Part shown: in pieces, positions 1-10,328 of the stretch
Layout: each line of letters begins with the position of its first letter
How positions within the stretch are numbered: position 1 is the first letter of the stretch
NCBI GenBank assembly: GCA_965219575.1
Contig: OZ244779.1
Span: 396,769-460,768 of the forward strand
Direction of reading: 5' to 3'
DNA from: Candidatus Oxydemutatoraceae bacterium
GTDB taxonomy: Bacteria > Pseudomonadota > Gammaproteobacteria > Poriferisulfidales > Oxydemutatoraceae
Length of the DNA stretch: 64,000 bases
The notes under the pieces: generated by a model
The model's input: the letters and a program-made list of their open reading frames with translations, nothing else
Database searches by the model: none
What the model was told of the DNA's origin: nothing
Program-made: the position numbers and the translations under genes

Positions 1-333
1 TATATCACAACACCGTAAATTTGATATTAAGAATGAAATTGTACAAAATAATGCCAACCTACTTTTGAGACGCTAAACTCTCGGGAATTATATAGCTAAC
101 TTGACAACCCCATTAGACTTCCTCGCCACCCTATTTATTGACGCTTCGCAGACCATAATTGCAATCTCCATGTCCAGCTGTGGTATTTCCAACCCCCGAT
201 CTGCACCCAAGCAAATGTGGAATGGCTGTTATTCGGATAGTTCATACTATATTACAAAATTTCTTTCCTGCGCTTTATTTTTTGCCAAGTTATCTATATA
301 ATTGCCCATAGTTTTACATAGGAGGAATTAAAT

Positions 334-972
334 ATGTACCCCAGAAAAATTTTTATTATGCTCATTTTAGTTGCAACGCTTGCCACAAGTGTCGTAGAGG
401 CTCGGTTCGGTTCGGCACCCGAAGGCTGGCCGTGTGTACAAGGCTATGTTGCCGAAGTCTCGCCAGGTGCATTTTGGACCGGTGAATTGCCCGCTAGCGA
501 AGCCGTAGAAAACAACGAGGCATTAATGAGACTGGTGGAGGAAGCGAGTGATAGGGCTATTTCTTATGAACAAAGCCTCGATAAGATAAAGACTTTCTTA
601 GATCAACTTGAAGGAAGTAGCCCCGAACATAAGCAGGAACAAGCCGCCTTACTAATAGTCGCATTGACCGACTCAATCAACGGCAAACGCGTAAAAGTAT
701 TAAAAGGAATAGACCGCTTCAGTAAACGCCAACAAATGATGATTACACGCATAGAAGACCAAGATAACAAGATAAGGGCTATTAAAAACGGTGAAACTTC
801 GGAGAACGGTTCGGCACTTGCAGATTTAGAGGACCGTCAAATATGGGACATTCGTGTTTTTGAGGAGCGCGAGTTCCAGAAAAATTATCTTTGTGAGCAA
901 GCAGTTTTACTCGAACAAAGATTTTTCTTTTTAGGACGCGATATTGTTGCTTGGCTTAAAGACAACGAGTAA
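334..972 (+). CDS. Exported hypothetical protein (WPCVQ motif), a type seen in PQQ-dehydrogenase clusters
   Basis: 212-aa ORF, GGAGG RBS, N-terminal signal peptide, WPCVQ motif, near a SoxYZ-like carrier gene. Confidence 0.6.
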   Translation: MYPRKIFIMLILVATLATSVVEARFGSAPEGWPCVQGYVAEVSPGAFWTGELPASEAVENNEALMRLVEEASDRAISYEQSLDKIKTFLDQLEGSSPEHKQEQAALLIVALTDSINGKRVKVLKGIDRFSKRQQMMITRIEDQDNKIRAIKNGETSENGSALADLEDRQIWDIRVFEEREFQKNYLCEQAVLLEQRFFFLGRDIVAWLKDNE

Positions 973-1018
973 TTTTCAACGTATAAAATTTTATAGGCGT
1001 ATGATACCGGCCAATTTA

Positions 1019-1501
1019 TTAATTGGATAGCTCTGGTTTGGGGTCATCGCTTGTAGCCGGAGGACACTTTATGCTTTCAAAGCCTACCAAAGCGTTATTA
1101 AATGCCGGGGTTCTTATCGGCACACGATTCTCGTAGAGCCAGTTATACTGTATGTTATACGCTTGCACTTCTCTTGCCTTCCAAGTCAGGCAGTCGTTTG
1201 CCAAAGCCGGTATGTTGCGTTTATACTGCACATAATGAACTAATTCGTGTAGCAAGATACCACGCGCCTCCATGTTGTTTTTAACATCCAGCGTATTTTT
1301 AAGATATACGGTCTGATCCTCATTGGAAAACCAGCCTAGTACATTTCCGCACTTATCAGCACCGCAGGCCTTTGCGGCGATTTGTGTTTGCGGTAAAAAC
1401 CGAACTTCCGGGGCACCAATTGGCGAATCGGTGATATACATGGCAGTATTGATATATACCATCAATGCACTGATGATTGCTTGTAGTGAGGTTACTCCCA
1501 T
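1019..1501 (-). CDS. Hypothetical exported protein with HExxH motif (DUF6647-like)
   Basis: 160 aa, LLHELVHYVQ zincin-like motif, paired Cys, directly downstream of the SoxYZ-like gene. Confidence 0.55.
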   Translation of the reverse strand: MGVTSLQAIISALMVYINTAMYITDSPIGAPEVRFLPQTQIAAKACGADKCGNVLGWFSNEDQTVYLKNTLDVKNNMEARGILLHELVHYVQYKRNIPALANDCLTWKAREVQAYNIQYNWLYENRVPIRTPAFNNALVGFESIKCPPATSDDPKPELSN

Positions 1502-1514
1502 TATTCCGACTCCT

Positions 1515-2324
1515 TTATGCAGTAATTACAGGCCATTGTGATTCGTATATTTTTTTTCTCGAATCTATCGCTTTGGCAAATAATACATCATCGTTTTCGG
1601 TGGCTAGATAAGAGAAATCAAAGCTGGGATTCTCGCTGAAAGATATATCACCTTCAATTGCAAACACGACTTCGTCGAGGCGATTTTTAATCTCCACGCT
1701 TTCAATATAGTGCGGAGGAATAAAAAGCAGTGTTTGCTGGTCTTTTTGCAGACCCGAATAATTAGGATGGGTGATGACAAGATGAAGGTTGCGCATTTTT
1801 GGATTGTCGGGCGCATCGTCTTGTATCAGTTGCATTTTGCCCATAGTCAGTTTAGACATAGGGTCAATTTCCATCGGCGGTGCGGAACACCCGCCGGAGG
1901 CTTTGACAAAAGTCCTAGTCATATAGAGTTTACCGTCGTTGGTTTCCGAGACTACACGAACATTACTATAAGCATTGACACGGATACGAGTTGATACGGT
2001 TGCCGTACCGTTTTTCGGTGATAAAGAAAACTTGGCTGCGACCGGAGACGGGTTCTCATCGACTATCAGGTGGTGAGTTTTAATAAACTGGTCTGTTTGT
2101 TGCGGAAAGCGCGAGGCAATAGTTATCGGCACATCGCCGCCGTTAGGAGGACGCTCGGGTGCTATAACCGACACCCATTGACTTCCGTCATCCACAGGAC
2201 GGTCCTGAAACAGAAAATTGCGAATATCCGTCCATGCTTGTTCTTGTTCTGCCCAGACATCTCCGAACTTGACGGCTATGCCCGTTGCAGCACTACACAT
2301 TAAAAATTTACGTCTGCTGATCAT
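1515..2324 (-). CDS. Quinoprotein dehydrogenase-associated SoxYZ-like carrier (fused)
   Basis: Tat signal SRRKFL; SoxY-like domain ending VKASGGCSAP; SoxZ-like C-terminal half (HPNYSGLQ, ISFSENPSF). Confidence 0.85.
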   Translation of the reverse strand: MISRRKFLMCSAATGIAVKFGDVWAEQEQAWTDIRNFLFQDRPVDDGSQWVSVIAPERPPNGGDVPITIASRFPQQTDQFIKTHHLIVDENPSPVAAKFSLSPKNGTATVSTRIRVNAYSNVRVVSETNDGKLYMTRTFVKASGGCSAPPMEIDPMSKLTMGKMQLIQDDAPDNPKMRNLHLVITHPNYSGLQKDQQTLLFIPPHYIESVEIKNRLDEVVFAIEGDISFSENPSFDFSYLATENDDVLFAKAIDSRKKIYESQWPVITA

Positions 2325-2396
2325 GCTGTTCTCCCTAATTATGTTAAAGTGAATAAAAACTTTTTCAAGTATATCATAAATAAAATGGATAAGGGG

Positions 2397-2663
2397 AGGG
2401 CTGTTGAAAAAGTATCCACGAACTATGGGGACGGTACATTCCCCTCCTCTGGAGGGGTGGCAGGCGTAGCCTGACGGGGTGGTTGTGCCGTGGGGGCCGT
2501 TGAAAAAGTATCTGTCTGCACGAACCCAACCGCTTGCGCCGTGAATTTATAATAACCACCAAGCCGTAGGGGCAGTATAAAGCCGCCGATTGAGCCGGTA
2601 GGTCAATCGGCAATTCCATTGTAGTCCGCCCCTACGGTTCGTGGATACTTTTTCAACAGCCCC
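2397..2663. mobile_element. Mosaic MITE/REP element, copy 1
   Basis: Left end GGGCTGTTGAAAAAGTA; internal second end at 2493; CCCCTCCTCTGGAGGGG hairpin module; GTAG REP with nested GCCGATTGA..TCAATCGGC hairpin; right end TACTTTTTCAACAGCCCC. Confidence 0.85.
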
Positions 2664-2910
2664 GCCGTGTCCGTACGAGGTACAGTGTGGTACATTCCCC
2701 TAAATAGGAGGGGAATTAACTCGTGCAGAACCCCAACATGGATGTGTAAGGCTAGATAGACACATATCAAAAAAGCAATCGCATTCCGATAGTTTGCTAC
2801 AATAACTACTCGGGCCCCTCTTTTGAGTTTCGCACCCGGCAGACTTGAATAATTAATAGGGGGTTTCGTGAAAATATATTTACTTTATCTTGATTACAGG
2901 AGGAAAGATC

Positions 2911-3324
2911 ATGTTGAATAAACACTACAAAATAGTTATAGCCCTAGTTTGTGCTTCTTTGTTATCGGTTGCCTGCATGCATTCCGAAAACAAAAAAACT
3001 ATCCCGAATTTGTACGGAGAGTGGAAAGGAGTCAATCAGACTGTATCCGACGCTAAAGGATATTCGGAATGGGATAAAACGGTGACGATTAGCGAGCAGA
3101 AGGATCGTCGGTTCAAAGGCTACTTTGAATATAGCGAAGGTACTATAAACTTCTCGGGTGTGATTTTCGGTGATAACACATCTTTTGCGTGGACATCCGA
3201 GAATAGCCAAGGCTACAATGTAGGAAGAGTACTCGGAGATAATAAAATCAGTGCGTGTTATGTAGAGTCCGGGGAGCAAGCAACCGCAGGCTGTGCCGAA
3301 CTGACTCGCACCTCCATGCGTTAA
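2911..3324 (+). CDS. Hypothetical lipoprotein
   Basis: ATG after GGAGG RBS, lipobox-like LSVAC, beta-rich sequence. Confidence 0.6.
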   Translation: MLNKHYKIVIALVCASLLSVACMHSENKKTIPNLYGEWKGVNQTVSDAKGYSEWDKTVTISEQKDRRFKGYFEYSEGTINFSGVIFGDNTSFAWTSENSQGYNVGRVLGDNKISACYVESGEQATAGCAELTRTSMR

Positions 3325-3359
3325 CGCAACAACCGAATCCGTATGGAACTACCGTGCAA

Positions 3360-3379
3360 GGGAGGGTGTTAACCCTCCC
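3360..3379. terminator. GC-rich hairpin after the lipoprotein gene
   Basis: GGGAGGGT-GTTA-ACCCTCCC perfect stem; no clear U-tract. Confidence 0.45.
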
Positions 3380-3473
3380 CTACACGCGTTGAGTAACGCA
3401 TATTAGCAATATCGGATTTGAAATAACTGCCGTAGATAAAATACGGTTGATATTCAAAGTGCGATGATAGGGC

Positions 3474-4463
3474 ATGAAGCGTAGAGCATTTCTGAGTGTC
3501 GGGGCGAGCCTACTCATGTTGTCTATGATCGACCTAAAGCGTGGTTTCGGTTCGCCTCGACCCAAAGTCGGCATGGTCTACGATCCGTTATTTTCGGAAG
3601 ATTGGCGCGTACACGACCATCCGGAATCACCTATGCGATACCGGTCGGTGATCGACGGTTTCGAGCAAAACGGCATATTGAGGCAAACTTCAAAAATAGA
3701 ATTATTGGACGAAATCGAGCCTTCATTGCTGACCGTGCATAATAAAAAACATATTGATACGATTAAAAAGTTTTATGTTTATGCGCACGATGTTGCGTCG
3801 GCTGCGGTTGGTGCCGGATTGGCTGCCGTCGATGCAGTTTGTAGCGGTACGCACAATAGTGTTTTTTGTGCCATACGCCCGCCGGGTCATCATGCCTTAA
3901 ATACCGGCAGGGAGGAGGGCTTTTGTTTTTATAACAATGTTGCCATCGCCGCGCGTTATGCACAAAACAAATATAAGCGTGAGAAAGTTTTAATCGTAGA
4001 CTGGGATTACCATCACGGCAACGGCACGGAGGCGGTATTTTACGACGATCCGTCGGTGCTTTTTTTCTCTACACACGATTATCGTGCTTATCCGGGAACC
4101 GGAAATCCGACCAGAGTCGGTGCCGATAAAGGCAAAGGATACAATATCAATGTGCATTTGGATTGCGGCGCAAACGATGAGGACATCATCGGTGCCTTCA
4201 ACGACATATTGCTTCCCGCTGCCCACCGCTTCAAGCCCGACTTGATATTGATATCGGCAGGATTTGATAGTCGCAAGGACGATCTATTGGGTTGCTTCGA
4301 CATTACCGATGAGGGTTTTGCTCGGTTGACGCATATCGTGCGTAACCTTGCGGACGAATACTGCGACGGATGTATGGTATCATTACTGGAAGGGGGGTAT
4401 AGTTTATCGGGATTGTCAAATGCCACGGTTGCACACCTGAAAGCGATGCTTGAGATGTCCTGA
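3474..4463 (+). CDS. Histone deacetylase-family amidohydrolase with Tat-like signal
   Basis: HPE, RPPGHH, GFC, DWDYHHGNGT, SAGFD and LEGGY motifs; N-terminus MKRRAFL. Confidence 0.9.
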   Translation: MKRRAFLSVGASLLMLSMIDLKRGFGSPRPKVGMVYDPLFSEDWRVHDHPESPMRYRSVIDGFEQNGILRQTSKIELLDEIEPSLLTVHNKKHIDTIKKFYVYAHDVASAAVGAGLAAVDAVCSGTHNSVFCAIRPPGHHALNTGREEGFCFYNNVAIAARYAQNKYKREKVLIVDWDYHHGNGTEAVFYDDPSVLFFSTHDYRAYPGTGNPTRVGADKGKGYNINVHLDCGANDEDIIGAFNDILLPAAHRFKPDLILISAGFDSRKDDLLGCFDITDEGFARLTHIVRNLADEYCDGCMVSLLEGGYSLSGLSNATVAHLKAMLEMS

Positions 4464-4565
4464 CTAAATCTGATCGGTGCCTCTTTTCATTGATATATCC
4501 GACTGCCGAACACAACCGCAATGAGAAAATAGTACCGACTTTATAACGCTGATAAAGGAGTAAAG

Positions 4566-6263
4566 ATGAGTAGTTTTTTTTCAAAGGAGCGGATTGTCGC
4601 GAAAGAAGGGTTTAACCGCTGGCGCGTGCCACCGGCATCGATTGCGATACACCTCTGCATCGGTTCGGTGTATGCGTGGAGTATTTACAACCCTGCGTTG
4701 ACTAAAGTCGTCGGTGTCGTTGCCAGTTCCGCCGACGATTGGACCTTAACCGAAGTCGTCTGGATTTTCACCGTTGCTATTCTGGTTTTAGGGCTTGCTG
4801 CGGCGTTTGCCGGCAAATGGCTCGAGGAAGTCGGGCCGCGCACGGTCGGTATCGTTGCCGCCTTTTGCTGGGGCGGCGGTTATCTAGTAGGCAGTCTGGG
4901 CATCTATTTAAATCAAGTATGGCTACTGTATCTCGGCTATGGTGTGATCGGTGGTTGCGGTTTGGGTTTGGGTTATGTATCGCCGGTTAGTACTTTGATC
5001 CGCTGGTTTCCCGACCGGCGCGGAATGGCAACCGGAATGGCAATTATGGGTTTCGGCGGCGGCGCAATGCTGGGAACGCCCCTGAAAGAATATTTCCTTC
5101 AAAAATTTTACCTTGCGCCCGAATATCTAGGTTCAGTCGATAGTTTAGATTTGATTACCGAAGCCGGTAGACGTTTCGTACAGATAGGTGGCGAATTAAA
5201 AGAAGTGGTGGTGGTCGGTGCAAACGAAGTTTCCGGCATGATTGTTCCGGGAGATCCCGGTGTTTATCTACTCGGCACGGGTTCGGTCGGTGCATGGCAA
5301 ACATTTTTGTTTATCGGTTTAATTTATTTTATTGTGATGCTGATCGCAGCGTTGAGCTATCGCATTCCGCCCGAGGGTTGGACTCCCGAAGGTTGGACAC
5401 CACCGAGTAAATCCGTTGCCGATAAGAAAATGATAACGCGCGGCAATGTAGACATAGACCAAGCATTGAAGACACCACAATTTTATCAACTGTGGATCGT
5501 CTTATGTTTCAATGTCACCGCCGGTATCGGTGTTATCGGCGTTGCCAAGACGATGATTACTGACATCTTCGGCTCCGCTTTGCCGGGCATAGTAGACGGT
5601 GCTTTTGCTGCAACTTATGTCTTGATGATCAGCGTGTTTAATATGATCGGCAGGGTATTGTGGGCAGGTTCGTCCGATTTTATCGGGCGCAAAAATACCT
5701 ATTGGATATTTTTTGTCGGTGGCATAGTACTTTATTTGTCTATTCCGTTTGCTGCGCAACAAGTGAGTGTTCATCCCACGGTATTTTGGTTGGTATTTTT
5801 CTATGCGGCAACGATGATTATATTCACATTCTACGGCGGTGGTTTCGCAACCATTCCCGCTTATTTGGCGGATATTTTCGGCACCCACCATGTCGGTGGC
5901 ATCCACGGTAGACTACTAACCTCATGGAGCACCGCCGGCGTATTGGGGCCGCTTGCTATTACAACTTTGCGGCAAAACTCACTCAGCAATTCAATTCACG
6001 ATTTAGCTGCCAAAGTGGATCCTGCAAAATTTGCCGAAACCTTCGGGGCCGGAGTTGATAAACTGGACTTATTGATTGAAAAAAAGACCGTAACGCTTGC
6101 CAAGTTGCTCGAAATCTCGCCACCGGGAACCGTGGATCCCACACCCAGTCTATATAATACGACGATGTATTTGATGGCGTTTCTGTTACTCATAGCACTG
6201 ATATCAAATGCATTTATGAAGCCGGTGCATCCCAAACATCATATGAGTGACGGGGAAACATAG
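4566..6263 (+). CDS. MFS transporter, oxalate/formate antiporter (OFA) family
   Basis: IHLCIGSVYAWS, LGLGYVSPVSTLIRWFPDRRGMATGMAIMGFGGG, YGGGFATIPAYLADIFG. Confidence 0.9.
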   Translation: MSSFFSKERIVAKEGFNRWRVPPASIAIHLCIGSVYAWSIYNPALTKVVGVVASSADDWTLTEVVWIFTVAILVLGLAAAFAGKWLEEVGPRTVGIVAAFCWGGGYLVGSLGIYLNQVWLLYLGYGVIGGCGLGLGYVSPVSTLIRWFPDRRGMATGMAIMGFGGGAMLGTPLKEYFLQKFYLAPEYLGSVDSLDLITEAGRRFVQIGGELKEVVVVGANEVSGMIVPGDPGVYLLGTGSVGAWQTFLFIGLIYFIVMLIAALSYRIPPEGWTPEGWTPPSKSVADKKMITRGNVDIDQALKTPQFYQLWIVLCFNVTAGIGVIGVAKTMITDIFGSALPGIVDGAFAATYVLMISVFNMIGRVLWAGSSDFIGRKNTYWIFFVGGIVLYLSIPFAAQQVSVHPTVFWLVFFYAATMIIFTFYGGGFATIPAYLADIFGTHHVGGIHGRLLTSWSTAGVLGPLAITTLRQNSLSNSIHDLAAKVDPAKFAETFGAGVDKLDLLIEKKTVTLAKLLEISPPGTVDPTPSLYNTTMYLMAFLLLIALISNAFMKPVHPKHHMSDGET

Positions 6264-6318
6264 GGTATACTAGCAATTTTTGATTCAACATACGATAACT
6301 CATGAGGAGAAAAACGAT

Positions 6319-6846
6319 ATGATATTTAGCAATAGCAAACAGCCACTTAAAAATATTCGCCGTTGTTTGATAGCGAGCCACGGATTGCTCATCGCAATAT
6401 TTGCAGCCGTTATATTCGCTTCACCGGCGGCTGCCGATGATCTTGCAAAAGGCGAAAAAACTTTTATCAAGTGCAAGGTGTGTCACGCAGTGGAGAAAGA
6501 TGTAAGCAAAATAGGTCCTAGCTTGTACGGTGTCTACGGACGCAAAGCAGGCAGCTTGGAAAGTTTTGCGAACTACTCCGATGCAATCAAATCGACGGAT
6601 ATAGTTTGGAGCGATGAGACCATACGCGCATTCGTAAAGGCACCGCGCACTTATATCGCCGGTACAAAAATGATTTTTTTAGGTATCAAAGACGATAAGG
6701 AAATAGATAATTTATTGGCTTATCTAAAATCGGTCACCGGGGCCGAAACCGGTTCCGAGACTTCGGATGCCGAGACTTCGAACACCGAGACCTCGGATGC
6801 CGGCTCCGCTGCCGAGATGTCTCCGACCGAAACGACCGTAGAATAA
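6319..6846 (+). CDS. Class I cytochrome c (c2-like) with acidic ETS-repeat tail
   Basis: Signal peptide, CKVCH heme motif, GPSLYGV, GTKM axial Met; start chosen after GAGGAG. Confidence 0.9.
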   Translation: MIFSNSKQPLKNIRRCLIASHGLLIAIFAAVIFASPAAADDLAKGEKTFIKCKVCHAVEKDVSKIGPSLYGVYGRKAGSLESFANYSDAIKSTDIVWSDETIRAFVKAPRTYIAGTKMIFLGIKDDKEIDNLLAYLKSVTGAETGSETSDAETSNTETSDAGSAAEMSPTETTVE

Positions 6847-6875
6847 TTTTTTATTGCTCAGGCGCAAGACCGATG

Positions 6876-6908
6876 ACCGCCGATTGACCTACCGGATCAA
6901 TCGGTGGT
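6876..6908. repeat. Solo copy of the GCCGATTGA..TCAATCGG hairpin module between convergent genes
   Basis: ACCGCCGATTGACCTACCGGATCAATCGGTGGT. Confidence 0.75.
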
Positions 6909-7450
6909 TATCGGTATAGTGGTTCCGTGTATTCGTTTTTAAGCGATACATACATCTCTGCCGAATAAACAAGAAACTCCTTGTCCACTGCGCTGAGTTT
7001 GCGGATTTTCTTTATCGGTGAGCCCAACCATAAATAACCTCCCTCGATTATTTTGCCCGGTGGTACCAAGCTGTTGGCACCTATCATCGCCTCACTGCAA
7101 ACTACGGCACCGTCTAGAACCGTGCTACCCATACCGATCAACGCGGTATCTTCTATGGTACAAGCATGCAATATGCAGCGATGTCCTACCGTGACCTCGT
7201 TGCCTATCGTCAAATGATAACCGTCGGGAACATAAGAACTTTGATTGACGATATGCAAAACACTACCGTCCTGTATGTTAGTACGACTGCCTATCGTGAT
7301 AGTCATATCCATATCACCGCGCACCACGCTTGCATGCCACACCGAACTGTCTTCGCCGATAACGACATTACCGATGATATCGGCACTTTCGGCGATATAC
7401 GAGGACTCGGAAATACGCGGATAAATATTTTTATAAGATCTTATAGGCAT
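6908..7450 (-). CDS. Gamma carbonic anhydrase family protein (YrdA-like)
   Basis: Hexapeptide repeats, RGD, TNIQDGSVLH, VTVGH..LHAC; true start MPIRSY at 7450. Confidence 0.9.
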   Translation of the reverse strand: MPIRSYKNIYPRISESSYIAESADIIGNVVIGEDSSVWHASVVRGDMDMTITIGSRTNIQDGSVLHIVNQSSYVPDGYHLTIGNEVTVGHRCILHACTIEDTALIGMGSTVLDGAVVCSEAMIGANSLVPPGKIIEGGYLWLGSPIKKIRKLSAVDKEFLVYSAEMYVSLKNEYTEPLYR

Positions 7451-7523
7451 ACCTACTATGCTAATGCATAATTTGCGTTGATGCAAAACATTATATGGGG
7501 CTGTAAGCCCAAAGTAGTAATGT

Positions 7524-7784
7524 GGGGCTGTTGAAAAAGTGCGGACATTGCTCAAACCCAATCGCTGTGCGCCATGAACATTTGTAAACCGCCGTAGGGG
7601 CGGACTTGCATGTCCGCCCGTAACGCGTTATGCATGGACGATTTATACATTCATTCATCTGATTTATGGAAACCAAAACCAAATGGCGCAAGCGGTTGGC
7701 ATCGTGCAGAACGGTACTTAAGGGCAGACATCAGAGTTGCCGATTGACCTACCGGCTCAATCGGCGGCTTTATACCGCCCCTAC
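7524..7784. mobile_element. Mosaic MITE/REP element, copy 2 (no right end; overlaps the dsrK stop)
   Basis: GGGGCTGTTGAAAAAGT; REP GTAGGGGCGGACTTGCATGTCCGCCC; ATTTATGGAAACCAAAACC spacer; inverted REP with nested hairpin. Confidence 0.85.
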
Positions 7785-9317
7785 GACTTGGCGGCTGTCT
7801 GATGTCTCTTCCGCTTCCTCGACGGCATCGGGTTCCAGGACGATGGCGTTGCTCACCAGTTGGTGGATACACACGACTTGATCCAGTGTCAGTCCGTAGT
7901 ATGGGAAGATTTTGGTAAATTGGCTCTTGCAGATTGCACAGATTGCTGCCATATGTGTGACACCGCAGTGATCAACGACTTCTTGCAGTGCTTCCATGCG
8001 AGGCAGTGCGCCTTTCACTCTTAGTTCTATCAGGTCGTCGGTTAGCAAGCCACCGCCGCCGCCGCAGCAATAGGTGCCTTCTTTGATTGTTTCCGGCGAC
8101 ATGTCGTAGAAATGGTTGCAACAGGCTTTGATAATCTCGCGGGGTATGGTGAATTGTCCGCCCGGCATATCTCCCATCCGTGAGGCGCGGGCGATATTGC
8201 ACGAATCGTGAAAGGTCAGCACCATATCGTCGTTTTGCGAGGGGTCTAGGGTGAGTTTGTTTTTCTGGATGAGGTCGTGAGTAACCTCGCAGATATGTTG
8301 CGGCACCGGATAATCGGGGTCTAGGAAGTCGAAGGGGCCTGCCAGTGTATTGAGGAAACTGTAGGCGACGCGCCAAGCGTGTCCACATTCGCCGAATATG
8401 ATGCGCCGCACGCCGAGTTTTTGTGCCGCTTCGCGTATTCTCAGTGCGAGTTTTTGCATATTCTCATAGTTGCCGATGAACATACCGAAGTTGGCTGCCT
8501 CGCTGGCATGGGAGCTCAGAGTCCATGATATGCCTGCTTGATGAAATACTTTTGCATAACCGATTAAGCCGTCGACATGGGGTTCGGCAAAAAAATCCGC
8601 CGAAGGGGTCACCAGCAATACTTCGGCACCTGCTTCGTCAAGCGGGAAGCGCACTTTTGCGCCGGTGTCCTCGAAGACTTCCTCTTCCAAGCCTTCGAGT
8701 GTGTCCGCCAATGCCGGTTCGGGCAAGCCTAAGTTGTTGCCGATAACATGGACTTTGCCGATGATTTCGTTGCAGTATTTCTGCCCCTTGCCGATGTGAT
8801 CCATAATCTCTCGGGCTGCCATAGAAATCTCTGCGGTATCTATGCCGTAAGGGCAATATACCGAACAGCGTCGGCATTGCGAGCATTGGTGGAAGTAGCT
8901 ATACCAATCATCGAGCATTTCCTTGTTCATGTCTTCGGCACCGACCAGCCACGGGAAATACTTGCCCGAGAAAGTGTAATAGCGGCGATAGACTTTGCGG
9001 AATAAATCCTGCCGTGCGACCGGCATATTTTTGGGGTCGGTCGTGCCCAGATAGTAATGGCACTTATCGGTACAGGCACCGCACTTGACGCATGAGTCTA
9101 AGAAGACTTGTAGCGAGCGGTATTTGCCGACCAACTCACCCATTTTATCGACCGCAACCTGCTCCCAGTTATCAACCAGTTCGCCCGGAAAGCCTAACGA
9201 TTTCTGAAACTCGGCTTTCGCGGTAAAGGGCTGGCTGTGCTTCATCACATCCTCTTGCAATTTAGGGATCGCTCGGTCTTCTCTATATTTGGGGGTTTTG
9301 AATTCTGTTGTTGCCAT
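7770..9317 (-). CDS. dsrK: DsrK, Fe-S subunit of the DsrMK(JOP) complex
   Basis: CVKCGACTDKC, CSQCRRCSVYCP, GECGH, HDSC, CCGGGGG; start MATTEF after GAGG RBS. Confidence 0.95.
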   Translation of the reverse strand: MATTEFKTPKYREDRAIPKLQEDVMKHSQPFTAKAEFQKSLGFPGELVDNWEQVAVDKMGELVGKYRSLQVFLDSCVKCGACTDKCHYYLGTTDPKNMPVARQDLFRKVYRRYYTFSGKYFPWLVGAEDMNKEMLDDWYSYFHQCSQCRRCSVYCPYGIDTAEISMAAREIMDHIGKGQKYCNEIIGKVHVIGNNLGLPEPALADTLEGLEEEVFEDTGAKVRFPLDEAGAEVLLVTPSADFFAEPHVDGLIGYAKVFHQAGISWTLSSHASEAANFGMFIGNYENMQKLALRIREAAQKLGVRRIIFGECGHAWRVAYSFLNTLAGPFDFLDPDYPVPQHICEVTHDLIQKNKLTLDPSQNDDMVLTFHDSCNIARASRMGDMPGGQFTIPREIIKACCNHFYDMSPETIKEGTYCCGGGGGLLTDDLIELRVKGALPRMEALQEVVDHCGVTHMAAICAICKSQFTKIFPYYGLTLDQVVCIHQLVSNAIVLEPDAVEEAEETSDSRQVVGAV

Positions 9318-9330
9318 AATGTCCTCAGTT

Positions 9331-9535
9331 GGGGCTGTTGAAAAAGTACTGGTGTCGCACAAATCTAACCGCTTGCACTATTTGATTTTGGTTTCCATAA
9401 ATTGTATGGATAAATGTATAAATCATGCGGGCGCAACGCGCTACGGGCGGACATATAAGTCCGCCCCTACGGTAAGTAAACATAAATTGGGTGGGTAAAC
9501 ACATTGTTCTTGCAAAACGGTATTTTTTCAATAGA
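9331..9535. mobile_element. Mosaic MITE/REP element, copy 3 (between dsrM and dsrK)
   Basis: Left end GGGGCTGTTGAAAAAGTA, inverted spacer plus REP, degenerate right end TATTTTTTCAATAG. Confidence 0.8.
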
Positions 9536-9536
9536 T

Positions 9537-10274
9537 CTAGTGCTTTTGTTGTTCCAGTTTTAATGCCCACGCCGCGATATGCCGTTGTTCTCTCGGGTTA
9601 TCCACTTGGTTGCGTGTCGGGCTGAAGAACAAACCCGGTGCATGCAGTAGTTTGCTAAACGGGAATATAATCATCAGCAGGGCGACGAGTGCGAGATGCA
9701 CGACCATCAGTAAGTCCGACGGCAACGGTTGCGGGTCAAGGCGCATCAGCCCTAAAAAGAATATCTTCATTGTCACGATATCCACCGGGTAAAAGAATGT
9801 CATCAAAACGCCGGTTGCACCGATTGCCAATAACAAGATTAGCATCAGGTGGTCGGACGGAGATGAAATATAGCGTACGCGGTCAACGACGATACGCCGC
9901 AACAATAATCCCATCAATCCTATAATCATCATCCAGGACGCATACTTGCCGAAAGGTTGCAACCAATTAACCCAAAACCAAACGGGTTCGGTGAAATAGC
10001 GCAGATGGCGCAGTAAAACCAAGAACAAACCGAAGTGGAATAACCAGCCGAATAACCAAGTCCATTTATTGGACTTGAACAGACTTTCAAAGAAAACGGT
10101 TTCTTTGAACAGACGATAAACGACCCCGCTTTGGGTGGTCGGTGCCGGTGTCGTCGGTATCTTTAGCGGTGCCGGAACTTTCCAATAAAGCCAGATTTTA
10201 TAAGCCAGTCCGCCTATCAATACCGCGGTTGCAATATAAAAGAGCGCGGCATAAGCGATGCTGAGTGCATTCAT
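9537..10274 (-). CDS. dsrM: DsrM, membrane cytochrome b (NarI-like)
   Basis: PLKIPTTPAP, WLFH..LLRHLRYF, FPFSKLLHAPG, PTRNQ; operon position. Confidence 0.95.
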   Translation of the reverse strand: MNALSIAYAALFYIATAVLIGGLAYKIWLYWKVPAPLKIPTTPAPTTQSGVVYRLFKETVFFESLFKSNKWTWLFGWLFHFGLFLVLLRHLRYFTEPVWFWVNWLQPFGKYASWMMIIGLMGLLLRRIVVDRVRYISSPSDHLMLILLLAIGATGVLMTFFYPVDIVTMKIFFLGLMRLDPQPLPSDLLMVVHLALVALLMIIFPFSKLLHAPGLFFSPTRNQVDNPREQRHIAAWALKLEQQKH

Positions 10275-10328
10275 CTGCACGGTCGCTCAAACTTGGGTTG
10301 CCTCAATTCGGCTTAACTCAATCTGTCG

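Noticed and set aside
101-301. 66-aa ORF at the window start
   Set aside because: It has a TTG start, no RBS and no motif. It may be the shadow of a minus-strand gene running off the window edge.
1515-2324. SoxYZ of the thiosulfate-oxidising Sox pathway
   Set aside because: It is the fused form with an internal GGCS rather than a terminal GGCGG, and it has no sox neighbours. It matches the quinoprotein-associated carrier.
9318-9362. N-terminal extensions of dsrK, and of the gamma-CA gene (7451-7561), in the ORF track
   Set aside because: The extensions begin inside repeat elements. The conserved proteins start at 9317 and 7450.
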